Shown here: positions 17,761 to 26,837 of the stretch, one piece after another
Position numbering within the stretch: position 1 is the stretch's first letter
How the letters are laid out: each line of letters starts with the position of its first letter
Source: a virus
Lineage: Duplodnaviria > Caudoviricetes
IMG/VR virus record: IMGVR_UViG_3300022745_000039
Coordinates: 1 to 57,489 of that record
DNA: 57,489 nt
Direction: 5' to 3' (one strand)
Translations under genes and position numbers: made by a program
Notes under the pieces: generated by a model
What the model was told of the DNA's origin: nothing
The model's input: only the letters and a program-made list of their open reading frames with translations
Databases searched by the model: none

Positions 17761-19986
17761 ATGGAACACAAGCTGATCCAGGGCGGCGAGCAATACTTGC
17801 CGTTTGCTCGTAGCCGCGTAAAAGCGCTACGAGCGATGGGTCTGGCTTACGCGTCCCAGAAGTTCGAAGTCGATGGTTGCACCGTCACAGTCCGCATCGA
17901 CCCGAACCACGAGTACATAACCATAAATGGCGGCGGTATTCTCACGTCGATGGACAGCGGCATAGTTGATCTGGCACTGCCGCTCGCTACTCCGTACGCC
18001 CGTGTAACGCTCTACGACTCCGACTACAGTCTTACGTATCGCGGGCGCTACACGATGCCGACGAAGGTCCAGAACCGCGTCACTAACGAGCAGGAGGACT
18101 ACCTAATCGTAGACCCGGCCAGCGGATACAAGTATGACCTATCCACTCAGCTCATGGGCGAGGCGAGGTACACGCCGCCAAATGCACAGGGGCGGATACG
18201 CGTCGCGTCGCTGGAGGTAGGCTCCTTCGGACACCCCAAAAAGAAAGTGACTGCGGGTGACGGTACTGAGTCGTGGGTTGAGGACACAACCAACGATGCG
18301 CCAGTATCCAAGAAGCTGCTGGCGAACGAAGTACCAGCTTCCATGTACACGGGGCGTATGCGCCTGTGGATTCAAGCGTTGTACGGGGCGTACCTCTTCG
18401 ATTACCCGAACGGTGCGACCTTGCCCTTCGCCCCGTTGTCGCGCGCGAGCACACCAATACCGATGTTGACTGTCAGGGCGTACGCCCCGCCTGGGGGAAC
18501 AACTTCGTACCCTGACGTCATCCTCGGGCTTAGCAGCGGCCTCTACCTCGATGGGTCACAGCAGCACTGGCTTATTACATTCGACGGCAACGGCACGACC
18601 ATTACGTTCTATCCGCTGCGCAGCACGATGGACGCATACCGCTCCAGGCTCGCAGGACTGTCAGGCCCCGCCAGGGAAAAACTGGAGACTTACATTTTGG
18701 CGTCGAGCCTGCCGGACGTTAAGAACAAGATCGTGACGGCAGTAGCCGATTTGCCACCGTCTGTGTCTATGGGTTACGGCTGGCACTGGAATTGGAGTGG
18801 GACCGCTGCGGACATCGTGACGATAGATGTAATGCAGGTCAATGCGGGTGACGTGATGACAGAGTACTACACAAACATGTCCTCGCACTTCAGGATCAAT
18901 GTCACGTGGGTAGTGGACGCCGAAGGCAACACCCGCCCGAGCGTGCAGGTTGAGGCACTGCGTAGCAACGTAGTGTGGAACGTGGATCGCACCAACACGG
19001 TTTTTGCTGCCCCGGATTGGAGCACTGGTGGTTTTGAGAAGTTAACTGTTCCCTCCCGTGTAACACGAGGAATAATGCCATCCGTATCTGATGCCCCAAT
19101 ATACGCCTACTACCACAAAGACGAGCTGAAACTTTTTTCGATGTCTATGGTCACGACCGACGCGCCACCGCCAAAACTAAAATACAGTCCTGCCGATACA
19201 TATCCGATGTTCGGCGCGCACTGGTGGAACAACCTGTTCGATGGTTCTTTCCAGTCGTTTGGAATGAATCCAGGGAGCGCCAGCTATTACGCGCCGATGC
19301 CCACCGGGGCGGAACACACTATCTCCATGAAACTAGGGGATGCCAGCGACAGCATTTATTCCTCGGGGCCCCAAGAAAATTACTGGACCTGGGAGATGTC
19401 AAAGAGCGGGTACTCAGTAGATCGCTCGGGTGACGATAGCAACCCCCCTGCCTATCAGCGCGTGCTCGTCAGCTACCATACAGACGGATCGGCAGGAGTA
19501 CGAGGCAAAAGCCCCCACATATTCCTGCTTATTCCAAAAGGCGACGCCGAGGCAGTCTACTACTGGAGTAGGCAGGTCACCACGGACATTGAGACCGATC
19601 ACAGGATTAGAGACGGGCAGACCTGGGGCTACGCTACCGCGTTCAGCGGCGACGGCTACGCACCTCACTGGCAGTATCACTACTCACAAGACAGCGGATA
19701 CACGTGGATCATCGGAGGTACTGTTACAGACATTGACCCAACAACCCGCACAACGACGACTGACGGGTCAATCGGGCTGTACGTAGCGGGCTCTACGCTG
19801 AGTCCGACGTTCGCGGTGACTGGCGATATGTTTCGCGACCTCGCTGACACGATAGCGGACCTGTCGTTCGAAGTGAGGTCGAGCGCAACGACTGAACATA
19901 GCCGCGTCGTGTTTTGTACGGGGCGGATGGCACCATTTAACGCATCGACTCAACCTGCGACATCGTGCATCGTCGGTTGGACATAA
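17761..19986 (+). CDS. Tail-associated structural protein, function unknown
   Basis: 741-aa ORF in the tail module; codon usage more relaxed than core genes. Confidence 0.65.
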   Translation: MEHKLIQGGEQYLPFARSRVKALRAMGLAYASQKFEVDGCTVTVRIDPNHEYITINGGGILTSMDSGIVDLALPLATPYARVTLYDSDYSLTYRGRYTMPTKVQNRVTNEQEDYLIVDPASGYKYDLSTQLMGEARYTPPNAQGRIRVASLEVGSFGHPKKKVTAGDGTESWVEDTTNDAPVSKKLLANEVPASMYTGRMRLWIQALYGAYLFDYPNGATLPFAPLSRASTPIPMLTVRAYAPPGGTTSYPDVILGLSSGLYLDGSQQHWLITFDGNGTTITFYPLRSTMDAYRSRLAGLSGPAREKLETYILASSLPDVKNKIVTAVADLPPSVSMGYGWHWNWSGTAADIVTIDVMQVNAGDVMTEYYTNMSSHFRINVTWVVDAEGNTRPSVQVEALRSNVVWNVDRTNTVFAAPDWSTGGFEKLTVPSRVTRGIMPSVSDAPIYAYYHKDELKLFSMSMVTTDAPPPKLKYSPADTYPMFGAHWWNNLFDGSFQSFGMNPGSASYYAPMPTGAEHTISMKLGDASDSIYSSGPQENYWTWEMSKSGYSVDRSGDDSNPPAYQRVLVSYHTDGSAGVRGKSPHIFLLIPKGDAEAVYYWSRQVTTDIETDHRIRDGQTWGYATAFSGDGYAPHWQYHYSQDSGYTWIIGGTVTDIDPTTRTTTTDGSIGLYVAGSTLSPTFAVTGDMFRDLADTIADLSFEVRSSATTEHSRVVFCTGRMAPFNASTQPATSCIVGWT

Positions 19987-19995
19987 GGAGTCAGC

Positions 19996-21828
19996 ATGGC
20001 AACCGATCTTAATTGGTGGAGTAATACATACGTCCTGACTGGCGAGGGCACGCCGGGTTCGAACACGCTGAGCAACGCCGCAGGCAGCGGAAGTTCACAT
20101 CCATTCACTGTTACTGGTGGCTCGACAGTTGCTTACAGCAACGCGCAGAGCAAGTACGGCACGACGTCGTTGTATCTGGACGGTACTGGCGGCTTCTACT
20201 CCGACGCGAACACAGACGTTAAGCAGGGCGACCTGACTATAAGTTTTTGGGTTTACCCGACGAACTTGGCGATAGACACCAACCTGTACTTCTGGGCGGC
20301 AAGCTCGGCCCCAGGCTACGACGGTGGCGGGGCGGGAAAACCATTCCAGTTGTTCACCAGCGGCAGTACGCTTCGCTTTTATGCTAACTCTGTCGGAACG
20401 AACCAGACAGTGGGTACGCTGGTTGCAAACCAGTGGCAACAAGTCCGAATTGTTCGCTCTTCCAGCACTTGGTACTTGTTCCTGGGCGGCGTGCTCGGGG
20501 CTTCTGTCTATGACACTGGCACATACACGCCGGTGTCTTGGTCGCATTATTTCGGCAGCGCTGGTGGCGCTCGTTCTGCATTCCAGGGCTACGTTGACTT
20601 CTTCACGGTTACGCCCACCGTCGCTCGTAACATAACGAACTTCACACCCGGTTACGACGAGCCTGACCCGCTGACCATGCCATACGCGGCTGCATTGTTG
20701 TCCTTGCCGAAGCCAGCGCTCGTTTTTAATTCCGGTGCAGCCCTGATCCTGTCGCTGCCGACACCCGTGGTCGCAGCGTTCAGTGGTTCGCGCCTCACAC
20801 TGCAGTCGCCAAGCCCGAATGTGGTGGTCACCGCGCACAACGCTTCTGGCGAGCGCTCAATGCAGTACACGCTCAGCACTCCGGCTCTGGTTGCGTATGG
20901 CGGCGGTAATGCGAGTCCTGATATGCCGTCTGCGCTGCTAAGCGCGACAGGCACATTCACCGCTGGTGCGTCCGCAGCTCTGTCCATGCCGTACCCGACG
21001 CTGGATGCGAGCGGCACGTGTGCCGTCAACGGGCAGGCCGTGCTCACCTTCGGTTCGGTCTATGACACGTACACGATCGTCGGCTTTTCTGGTGCGGTCG
21101 TCAGCACCACGATCGACGGCGCGACGGTGTCTGCAGGAAGCACAGCGGGCGGTATAGCATCAGCTAACTTGACGCTCCCGCTGTTCGACCTTGTCGGGTC
21201 TGGTACGGCGCAGAGTGTGGGCCGCGCCGCACTGCTCATGCCTGCGCTCGCCCGTTCGTCTGGCGCAGTGGCATGGCTCATGGCTCCGAGCGCACAGCTC
21301 ACAGCGCTCGGTACAGCGGTCGTGGCCGTCACGTACGAGGGCTACAGCGTGAACCTTGCGCACCGGCTGGCCGACGGGGCCAAGCCGCCGACAGAAGTGA
21401 TCAACGAGGTTACGCACTACACGAACTATCCGTTCGACCGCATCGTGCGCTATCAGAACAGCTATTACGGCATGAATAGCACGGGTCTGTATTTGCTCGA
21501 CAGCGGCACGCTGGATGACACGACGCCGATCACCTACGTGGCCAAGACCTGCGAGACCGACTTCGGAGATCCGCACCAGAAGACTGTCGGGTCTGTGTAC
21601 TTCGGCGGCAGACTCGGTGCTGCCGAGACCGTCACGTTGTATGTGAGTGAAGTGAGTTCACAACCGTACAGCTACACCACACCGCGTGGTACTACGCCGC
21701 AGAACTACCGGCAAGCATTCGGCAAGGGCGTGAAGGCCCGCTACTATGCGCTCGGTGTCGCAGGCTCTAACGAGTTCGCGCTCGACACTGTCGATTTCGA
21801 ACTCGGAACTATGAAACGGAGAATTTAA
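19996..21828 (+). CDS. Tail protein with N-terminal LamG/ConA-like domain
   Basis: QSKYGTTSLYLDG, DLTISFWVYP, NQWQQVRIVRS, FQGYVD, ARNITNFTP. Confidence 0.75.
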   Translation: MATDLNWWSNTYVLTGEGTPGSNTLSNAAGSGSSHPFTVTGGSTVAYSNAQSKYGTTSLYLDGTGGFYSDANTDVKQGDLTISFWVYPTNLAIDTNLYFWAASSAPGYDGGGAGKPFQLFTSGSTLRFYANSVGTNQTVGTLVANQWQQVRIVRSSSTWYLFLGGVLGASVYDTGTYTPVSWSHYFGSAGGARSAFQGYVDFFTVTPTVARNITNFTPGYDEPDPLTMPYAAALLSLPKPALVFNSGAALILSLPTPVVAAFSGSRLTLQSPSPNVVVTAHNASGERSMQYTLSTPALVAYGGGNASPDMPSALLSATGTFTAGASAALSMPYPTLDASGTCAVNGQAVLTFGSVYDTYTIVGFSGAVVSTTIDGATVSAGSTAGGIASANLTLPLFDLVGSGTAQSVGRAALLMPALARSSGAVAWLMAPSAQLTALGTAVVAVTYEGYSVNLAHRLADGAKPPTEVINEVTHYTNYPFDRIVRYQNSYYGMNSTGLYLLDSGTLDDTTPITYVAKTCETDFGDPHQKTVGSVYFGGRLGAAETVTLYVSEVSSQPYSYTTPRGTTPQNYRQAFGKGVKARYYALGVAGSNEFALDTVDFELGTMKRRI

Positions 21829-21829
21829 C

Positions 21830-23731
21830 ATGTCGATCGTTGACACACTCATATCCCAGGCTCAGGGTTTTGCGGCGGGCACCGTCTCACAGGCGACGTC
21901 TGCGATGAATGCCGCCTCGTTGGCAGTAACTAACATCGGTTACTCGATGGTCTCGTATAACCCTGTCGCACTGCCTGCGGCACCGGTGATGGATACGCTC
22001 ACGCGACCGACCATTGACTCGGCGACGCTTGATCTGCCGAGTGATCCAGGCACAGCCCCAAATGTTCAGGACATCGTGCTGGGCGACTCTGGTGCTGTTC
22101 CCGTCCTGAGTGCTGTGAGTCCTGCACTGAACTTCCCGGTGCGCCCAGTCTCCGCAGCAGCGTTCACAGAGACGCCGCCTTCTATTACGACGACCTTCGC
22201 GTTTCCAGATCCGCCCAGCATACTGACCGACCCGCTCGGGGCTATGCCGACTGTTACTGATCGTGCCGAGCCGCAAGCGCCCACCACAAACTTGCCTGCG
22301 TTCAACGCTGTGGCACCGACGAACGACACGACGGTCCCGACAGGCCTCGACCTGATGTTTTCGAACGCGTATTCAGGGGCGAGCACGACGATGACCGGCG
22401 CGATAAACGGCTATGTAGACGCGCAGCTAGTCAAGTACAACCCGCAGTACGCGGCGCAGATGGATGCGATAGAGAAGCAACTCACCAAGTACCTGAACGG
22501 CGGTACGGCGCTGTATGCACCGATCGAAGACCAGATCTACGAGCGCGCCAAGGCCAAGACGAATGCAGAGGCGCTGCGAGTGCGGGATCAAGCCATCAAC
22601 GACATGGCCTCACGTGGCTTCACGCTGCCTAACGGCGCGCTGGTGTCTGCCATCCAGCAGGCTCGCCAGGGTGGTGCTGACAACAACTCTGCAGCTGCGC
22701 GCGACATCGCTATTGCCCAGGCCGAAATGGAGCAGAAGAATCTGCAGTTCGCCGTGACCACGAGTGCAGGACTGCGCACTGCCTTGCTGAACTCCACGAT
22801 GATGTACATGCAGAACCTGAACAGCATCAACGCACAGGCCATTGAGTATGCGCGCAACGTCCTGGCCAACATCATCGAGACCTACAACGCGTCGGTGAAG
22901 GCCTTCGGTCTGAAGCTCGACCTGTACCGCACGGAGGTCACGGTGTTTGATGCGCGCCTCAAAGCGGCTATGGCTGGTATCGACCTTTACAGGGCGCAGA
23001 TCGCCGCGCTTGAGGCGCTGACTGTGGTCGATAAGACGAAAGTCGATGTGTACCGTGCGCGCATCGACTCGCTGAACTCGTACGCTAATGTGTACAAGGC
23101 GCAGATCGACGCAGTGCTAGGTCGCGCTTCGCTTGAGAAGATGAAGCTCGACTTGTTCCAGGCAAAGGTCCAGGCCTACAGCGCCCAGGTCCAGGCCAAG
23201 AACGCTGAGTACCAGGGCTACTCTGCAGCTATTGAGGGTGAGAACAGCAAGGTACGTGCTTATGGCACGCAGGTCCAGGCCTACGTGTCTCAGGTCGAGG
23301 GCTACAAGGCCCTGGTCCAGGCCAGGGCCACGGAAGTACAGGCCAAGGCCACAAGCAACAAGGCCCAGCTCGACCAGTTCGCTGCGCGCCTGGACGCCTA
23401 TAAAGCGACCGTCGCTGCGAAAGGGGAGGTGGCTCGCACGAAGCTGGAGAACGAGCGCACGAAGCTCGTGGCGTTCCAGGCTGAGGCCCAGGCACAGACA
23501 ACGTCGTACGCCGCCCAGACCGAGTACTACAAGGCCACGAGCATGATCGGTATTGAGAACGCACGGCTGACGATTCAGACCATGCTGGCATCTGCTGAGA
23601 ATCAGCGCAAGTATGGCGAGAGCTTGGCCAGTCTGAGCGAGAGCAATGCCAAGACGTACGCGGCCCTGGCGTCGTCTGCTATGGCTGGCATGAATACACT
23701 GGCCGCGTCGAATCAGACCGTCACGGGCTGA
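21830..23731 (+). CDS. Pro-rich plus coiled-coil virion protein (putative ejection/tail extension)
   Basis: Pro-rich N-half, ASRGFTLPNG motif, long Y.AQ heptad/hendecad repeats. Confidence 0.7.
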   Translation: MSIVDTLISQAQGFAAGTVSQATSAMNAASLAVTNIGYSMVSYNPVALPAAPVMDTLTRPTIDSATLDLPSDPGTAPNVQDIVLGDSGAVPVLSAVSPALNFPVRPVSAAAFTETPPSITTTFAFPDPPSILTDPLGAMPTVTDRAEPQAPTTNLPAFNAVAPTNDTTVPTGLDLMFSNAYSGASTTMTGAINGYVDAQLVKYNPQYAAQMDAIEKQLTKYLNGGTALYAPIEDQIYERAKAKTNAEALRVRDQAINDMASRGFTLPNGALVSAIQQARQGGADNNSAAARDIAIAQAEMEQKNLQFAVTTSAGLRTALLNSTMMYMQNLNSINAQAIEYARNVLANIIETYNASVKAFGLKLDLYRTEVTVFDARLKAAMAGIDLYRAQIAALEALTVVDKTKVDVYRARIDSLNSYANVYKAQIDAVLGRASLEKMKLDLFQAKVQAYSAQVQAKNAEYQGYSAAIEGENSKVRAYGTQVQAYVSQVEGYKALVQARATEVQAKATSNKAQLDQFAARLDAYKATVAAKGEVARTKLENERTKLVAFQAEAQAQTTSYAAQTEYYKATSMIGIENARLTIQTMLASAENQRKYGESLASLSESNAKTYAALASSAMAGMNTLAASNQTVTG

Positions 23732-23770
23732 TCTTGGGTAAAATGGCTCACGTGTATAACGGGGGTACTC

Positions 23771-23971
23771 ATGAAAGTAACTGAGAAGTACAAGGCCACT
23801 TTCTGGGGTGTCGCGTGCGCTGTGGCTGCAGTGTGGGTGTGCCTCATTGCCTTCGGCCCGCTGCATTACTTGGTGCACACAGACTACATGGGTGTCGGTT
23901 TGGTGGCGGCGGCCTTCGCAGGCTGGCTGGCCTGCACGATCCAAGCAGGCATCGATTCGGAAAAAGAATAA
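23771..23971 (+). CDS. Small two-TM membrane protein (moron-like)
   Basis: Two hydrophobic segments; upstream TATAAC and GGGGG RBS; downstream hairpin. Confidence 0.6.
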   Translation: MKVTEKYKATFWGVACAVAAVWVCLIAFGPLHYLVHTDYMGVGLVAAAFAGWLACTIQAGIDSEKE

Positions 23972-23999
23972 GCGCCCGAGAGGCGCTTTAGTTTATATT
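23970..23999 (+). terminator. Putative terminator hairpin
   Basis: AAGCGCC-cgaga-GGCGCTT followed by T-rich TAGTTTATATT. Confidence 0.5.
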
Positions 24000-24003
24000 T
24001 TGT

Positions 24004-24023
24004 ACTCTAACGGAGTCTGACAT
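24004..24023 (+). promoter_or_regulatory. Tandem decamer array overlapping RBS and start codon
   Basis: ACTCTAACGG AGTCTGACAT(G). Confidence 0.65.
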
Positions 24024-26835
24024 GAGAGAAACACAGATACTGCGCGGACTGGGCAAAGCCCGCATGAAACAGTCCCCCAAGGTTCTGCATGCAGCAGGTG
24101 GTTTCCTCGACGGCTGGCTCGGTGGTGCAGACACGGCAGACTCCATGTATGCGGCAGCTGACGAAGCCACCAAGAAGGCACAGAGCCAGCGATTCGCTGC
24201 GCAGACTGCTGCCACGTTGCAATCTCAACAGCAAGAGATGGCGCGTCGCAATGCAGCCCGCGATGCTCAGCGCATGTTCCCGAGCATGGCCGGTAGCTTC
24301 TCGAACAGTCAGGCCAACCCGGCGCACACAGTGCCCAACGGCACGGGCAACGCCCTGCGTGCTGCGGACGCGGCAGGCAGCGTGTTGCCAGCTACCGGCG
24401 CTGGAGGCGGGCAGGGCATGCGCGGTGTTCAACCTGCAGCTCCTGCAGCGCCGCAGCCTGCAGCGACCGGTCTTGACCGTGCTGGCTTCCTGGCGCGCAA
24501 CCCAGGTGTCATCGCGAACCAGACCTTGTCTCCGAGCGCTCCCGTCGCGGCTACTGCCCCCACGGCACCCACGATGCTTCAGACCTCTCCGAACAGTTTC
24601 GGCGATCTCACAAACCCCAACGGCTCGGCCCTGACATCAACGAAGACACTCCCTGGCAGCGGCATGAGCATGCAGGCTTGGAGCGCCCCAGGTCGCAGCA
24701 ATGGCCAGCCGAACGCTGAAAACGACGCTGCAATGGGTGCGATCGCTGGCGGGCTTGGGGCTGCGCGTCAGGACGCTTTCGATCGCCGTAGCAACGGCAT
24801 GGACCCGCTGGGTGCTTCCGGTCGTGGCATGAAGGCTGCGCAGTTCAGTCGCGGTGTGGCTCAGCTCAAAGGCCCAGGCACGGCGACCTCTGACAGCATC
24901 CCGGCGATGTTGTCGAAAGGCGAGGCCGTGTTGCCCGCCAAGACAGTGCAGGCTATCGGTCCCGCCAAGATTGCTGCGACGATCAAGGCCACGACGGGCA
25001 AGGCTCCGAAGGGTGGTCTGCGTGCTGGTGGACACTACGCTCTTGGCGAGCTGGGCCAGACGCCAGTCCCCGGCGTCGAGACCGGCACAGCAGATATGGC
25101 CGACTTCCAGATCGCCCAGAAACAAGCCGCAGCGCGTGCGGCGTTGAACGCTCCGACTATCGGCCCGCAAGCGCCATCCAGCGCGGCGACAGCCGCTGAG
25201 GACGCCGCCACACTGCGTCAGTTCAACAACATAAAGGCGCAGAACGCAGGTATCGGCTCGAACTACACTGGCCCGCAGGGCGCAGCAGCTTCGGCAGAAG
25301 CGCCTGCAGCAGGTGGCCTGCGCGGGCGTGTCACGAGCGTTTTCAATAGCGCGAAGAACTTCGTGACTGGTGCACCGACTGCCGCACCCGAAGCCGCTGC
25401 AGGCACAACCAAAGGCCTCGCAGGAAAAGCTGCTGGTTTCGCTGCGCGTACGCTCCTTGCTGCAGCGCCCGTGGCGGGTGCAGTTAAAACGGCTAGTGCA
25501 ACTCCCGAAGAGCACGCACAGTTTGCTGACAGTGTTGGCATGGACAAGAACGGTATGGGTTCTCGTGCGCTTGAATTCCTGAATAACACAGGCAACGCGG
25601 CTACGTTAGGACTTGCAGGTGCGCTTGGTCGTGGTATTTCGAATGTTGCCAACGGTGGCCACTTCTTCGATCCTGAGACCAACGCAACGGCGACCGCAGC
25701 ACAAACCGCCACGCCCGCAGGCGTTGCAGCCGACGGCAACGGCGCCACCGCCACCACCGCTCAACCAGCTGCAGCAGGTCCGAAGGCAGGTGACACACGC
25801 GACGTGAACTACGACGGCATCCTGCACCCAGACGGTGTGATGGACCAATTCAACGGCAAGGTGTGGCAGACAGTCTCCACGCCGCAGAGCAAAGCAGCGC
25901 GCACGTTGGCCGACGGTCAGCGCCAGCAGCAGCTCGAACACTCCGCTGACGTGGCTGCGAACGGCCCGTCTGGCTACAACACGCAGCTTGCAAACCTACA
26001 GAAGCTCAACGGTAGCGGTGAGGATCAGTTCGCAGGTCTTGGCCCAGCGCACCGTGCGCAGATGATGCTGGAACAGTCCCGTATCAACTCCGGTCTGAAG
26101 GCTGCGAATATCCAGGCTGACGCGAGCCGCTACAACACCGACAGTCAGGCCAAGACCGCACTGGGCGCGCAGGGCGTCGATGTGCGCGGCCAGGATCTGA
26201 CCTACGCAGGCAAGAACCGCCAGCTCGCCTACGACATGCTCGTGCGCAATCATGACTGGACGCGCGAAGGTGCGAAGGACTTGCAGGACGAGCTGAAGAA
26301 CTCGCCCTTCGCAACTGTGCGCGACGACAAGGGCGTGGCCTCGCAGAGCGATAGCGAAGCTGCGAACATCGCCCAGTTCATGGGCGCTACGCCTTGGACC
26401 GACAAGAACGGTCGCCAGATCTCCATGGGCCGTCTGCGCAACGAAGACCCAGCCCGTTTCGACGCGCTCAAGACCGCAGCAATGACGAAGTACGGCATCA
26501 ACCGCGCGGCAAACAGCTACCTTGGAGGCACGCTGTTCGGTGAGCACACCGGCTGGGGTGACGTGAAGATCAACGACATCCGCGACGGTCGTGCGTCGGA
26601 CTTCGGCGAGGGCACTGGTCTGGGTAAAGCCGCGCTGTATGGTACCGGTCTAGCCAAGAATACGAAGTACGGCAAAGTGGTTGAGGTCGAAGCCAACGGC
26701 GTGCGCAAGGCAGTGCCGCTGGACACTTTCATAAACGATCCGCAGAACGGTGGTCAGTACAAGAAGTACTTCCAGCAGTGGCAGACTCAGCATGGACGTA
26801 GTGCTCTCGGTGGTGACCTCACCGGAGGTAACTAA
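24022..26835 (+). CDS. Internal virion/ejection protein
   Basis: Ala/Gly/Gln-rich, 937 aa; GPGTATSDSIPAMLSKGEAV motif known from tape-measure/ejection proteins. Confidence 0.7.
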   Translation: MRETQILRGLGKARMKQSPKVLHAAGGFLDGWLGGADTADSMYAAADEATKKAQSQRFAAQTAATLQSQQQEMARRNAARDAQRMFPSMAGSFSNSQANPAHTVPNGTGNALRAADAAGSVLPATGAGGGQGMRGVQPAAPAAPQPAATGLDRAGFLARNPGVIANQTLSPSAPVAATAPTAPTMLQTSPNSFGDLTNPNGSALTSTKTLPGSGMSMQAWSAPGRSNGQPNAENDAAMGAIAGGLGAARQDAFDRRSNGMDPLGASGRGMKAAQFSRGVAQLKGPGTATSDSIPAMLSKGEAVLPAKTVQAIGPAKIAATIKATTGKAPKGGLRAGGHYALGELGQTPVPGVETGTADMADFQIAQKQAAARAALNAPTIGPQAPSSAATAAEDAATLRQFNNIKAQNAGIGSNYTGPQGAAASAEAPAAGGLRGRVTSVFNSAKNFVTGAPTAAPEAAAGTTKGLAGKAAGFAARTLLAAAPVAGAVKTASATPEEHAQFADSVGMDKNGMGSRALEFLNNTGNAATLGLAGALGRGISNVANGGHFFDPETNATATAAQTATPAGVAADGNGATATTAQPAAAGPKAGDTRDVNYDGILHPDGVMDQFNGKVWQTVSTPQSKAARTLADGQRQQQLEHSADVAANGPSGYNTQLANLQKLNGSGEDQFAGLGPAHRAQMMLEQSRINSGLKAANIQADASRYNTDSQAKTALGAQGVDVRGQDLTYAGKNRQLAYDMLVRNHDWTREGAKDLQDELKNSPFATVRDDKGVASQSDSEAANIAQFMGATPWTDKNGRQISMGRLRNEDPARFDALKTAAMTKYGINRAANSYLGGTLFGEHTGWGDVKINDIRDGRASDFGEGTGLGKAALYGTGLAKNTKYGKVVEVEANGVRKAVPLDTFINDPQNGGQYKKYFQQWQTQHGRSALGGDLTGGN

Positions 26836-26837
26836 TC

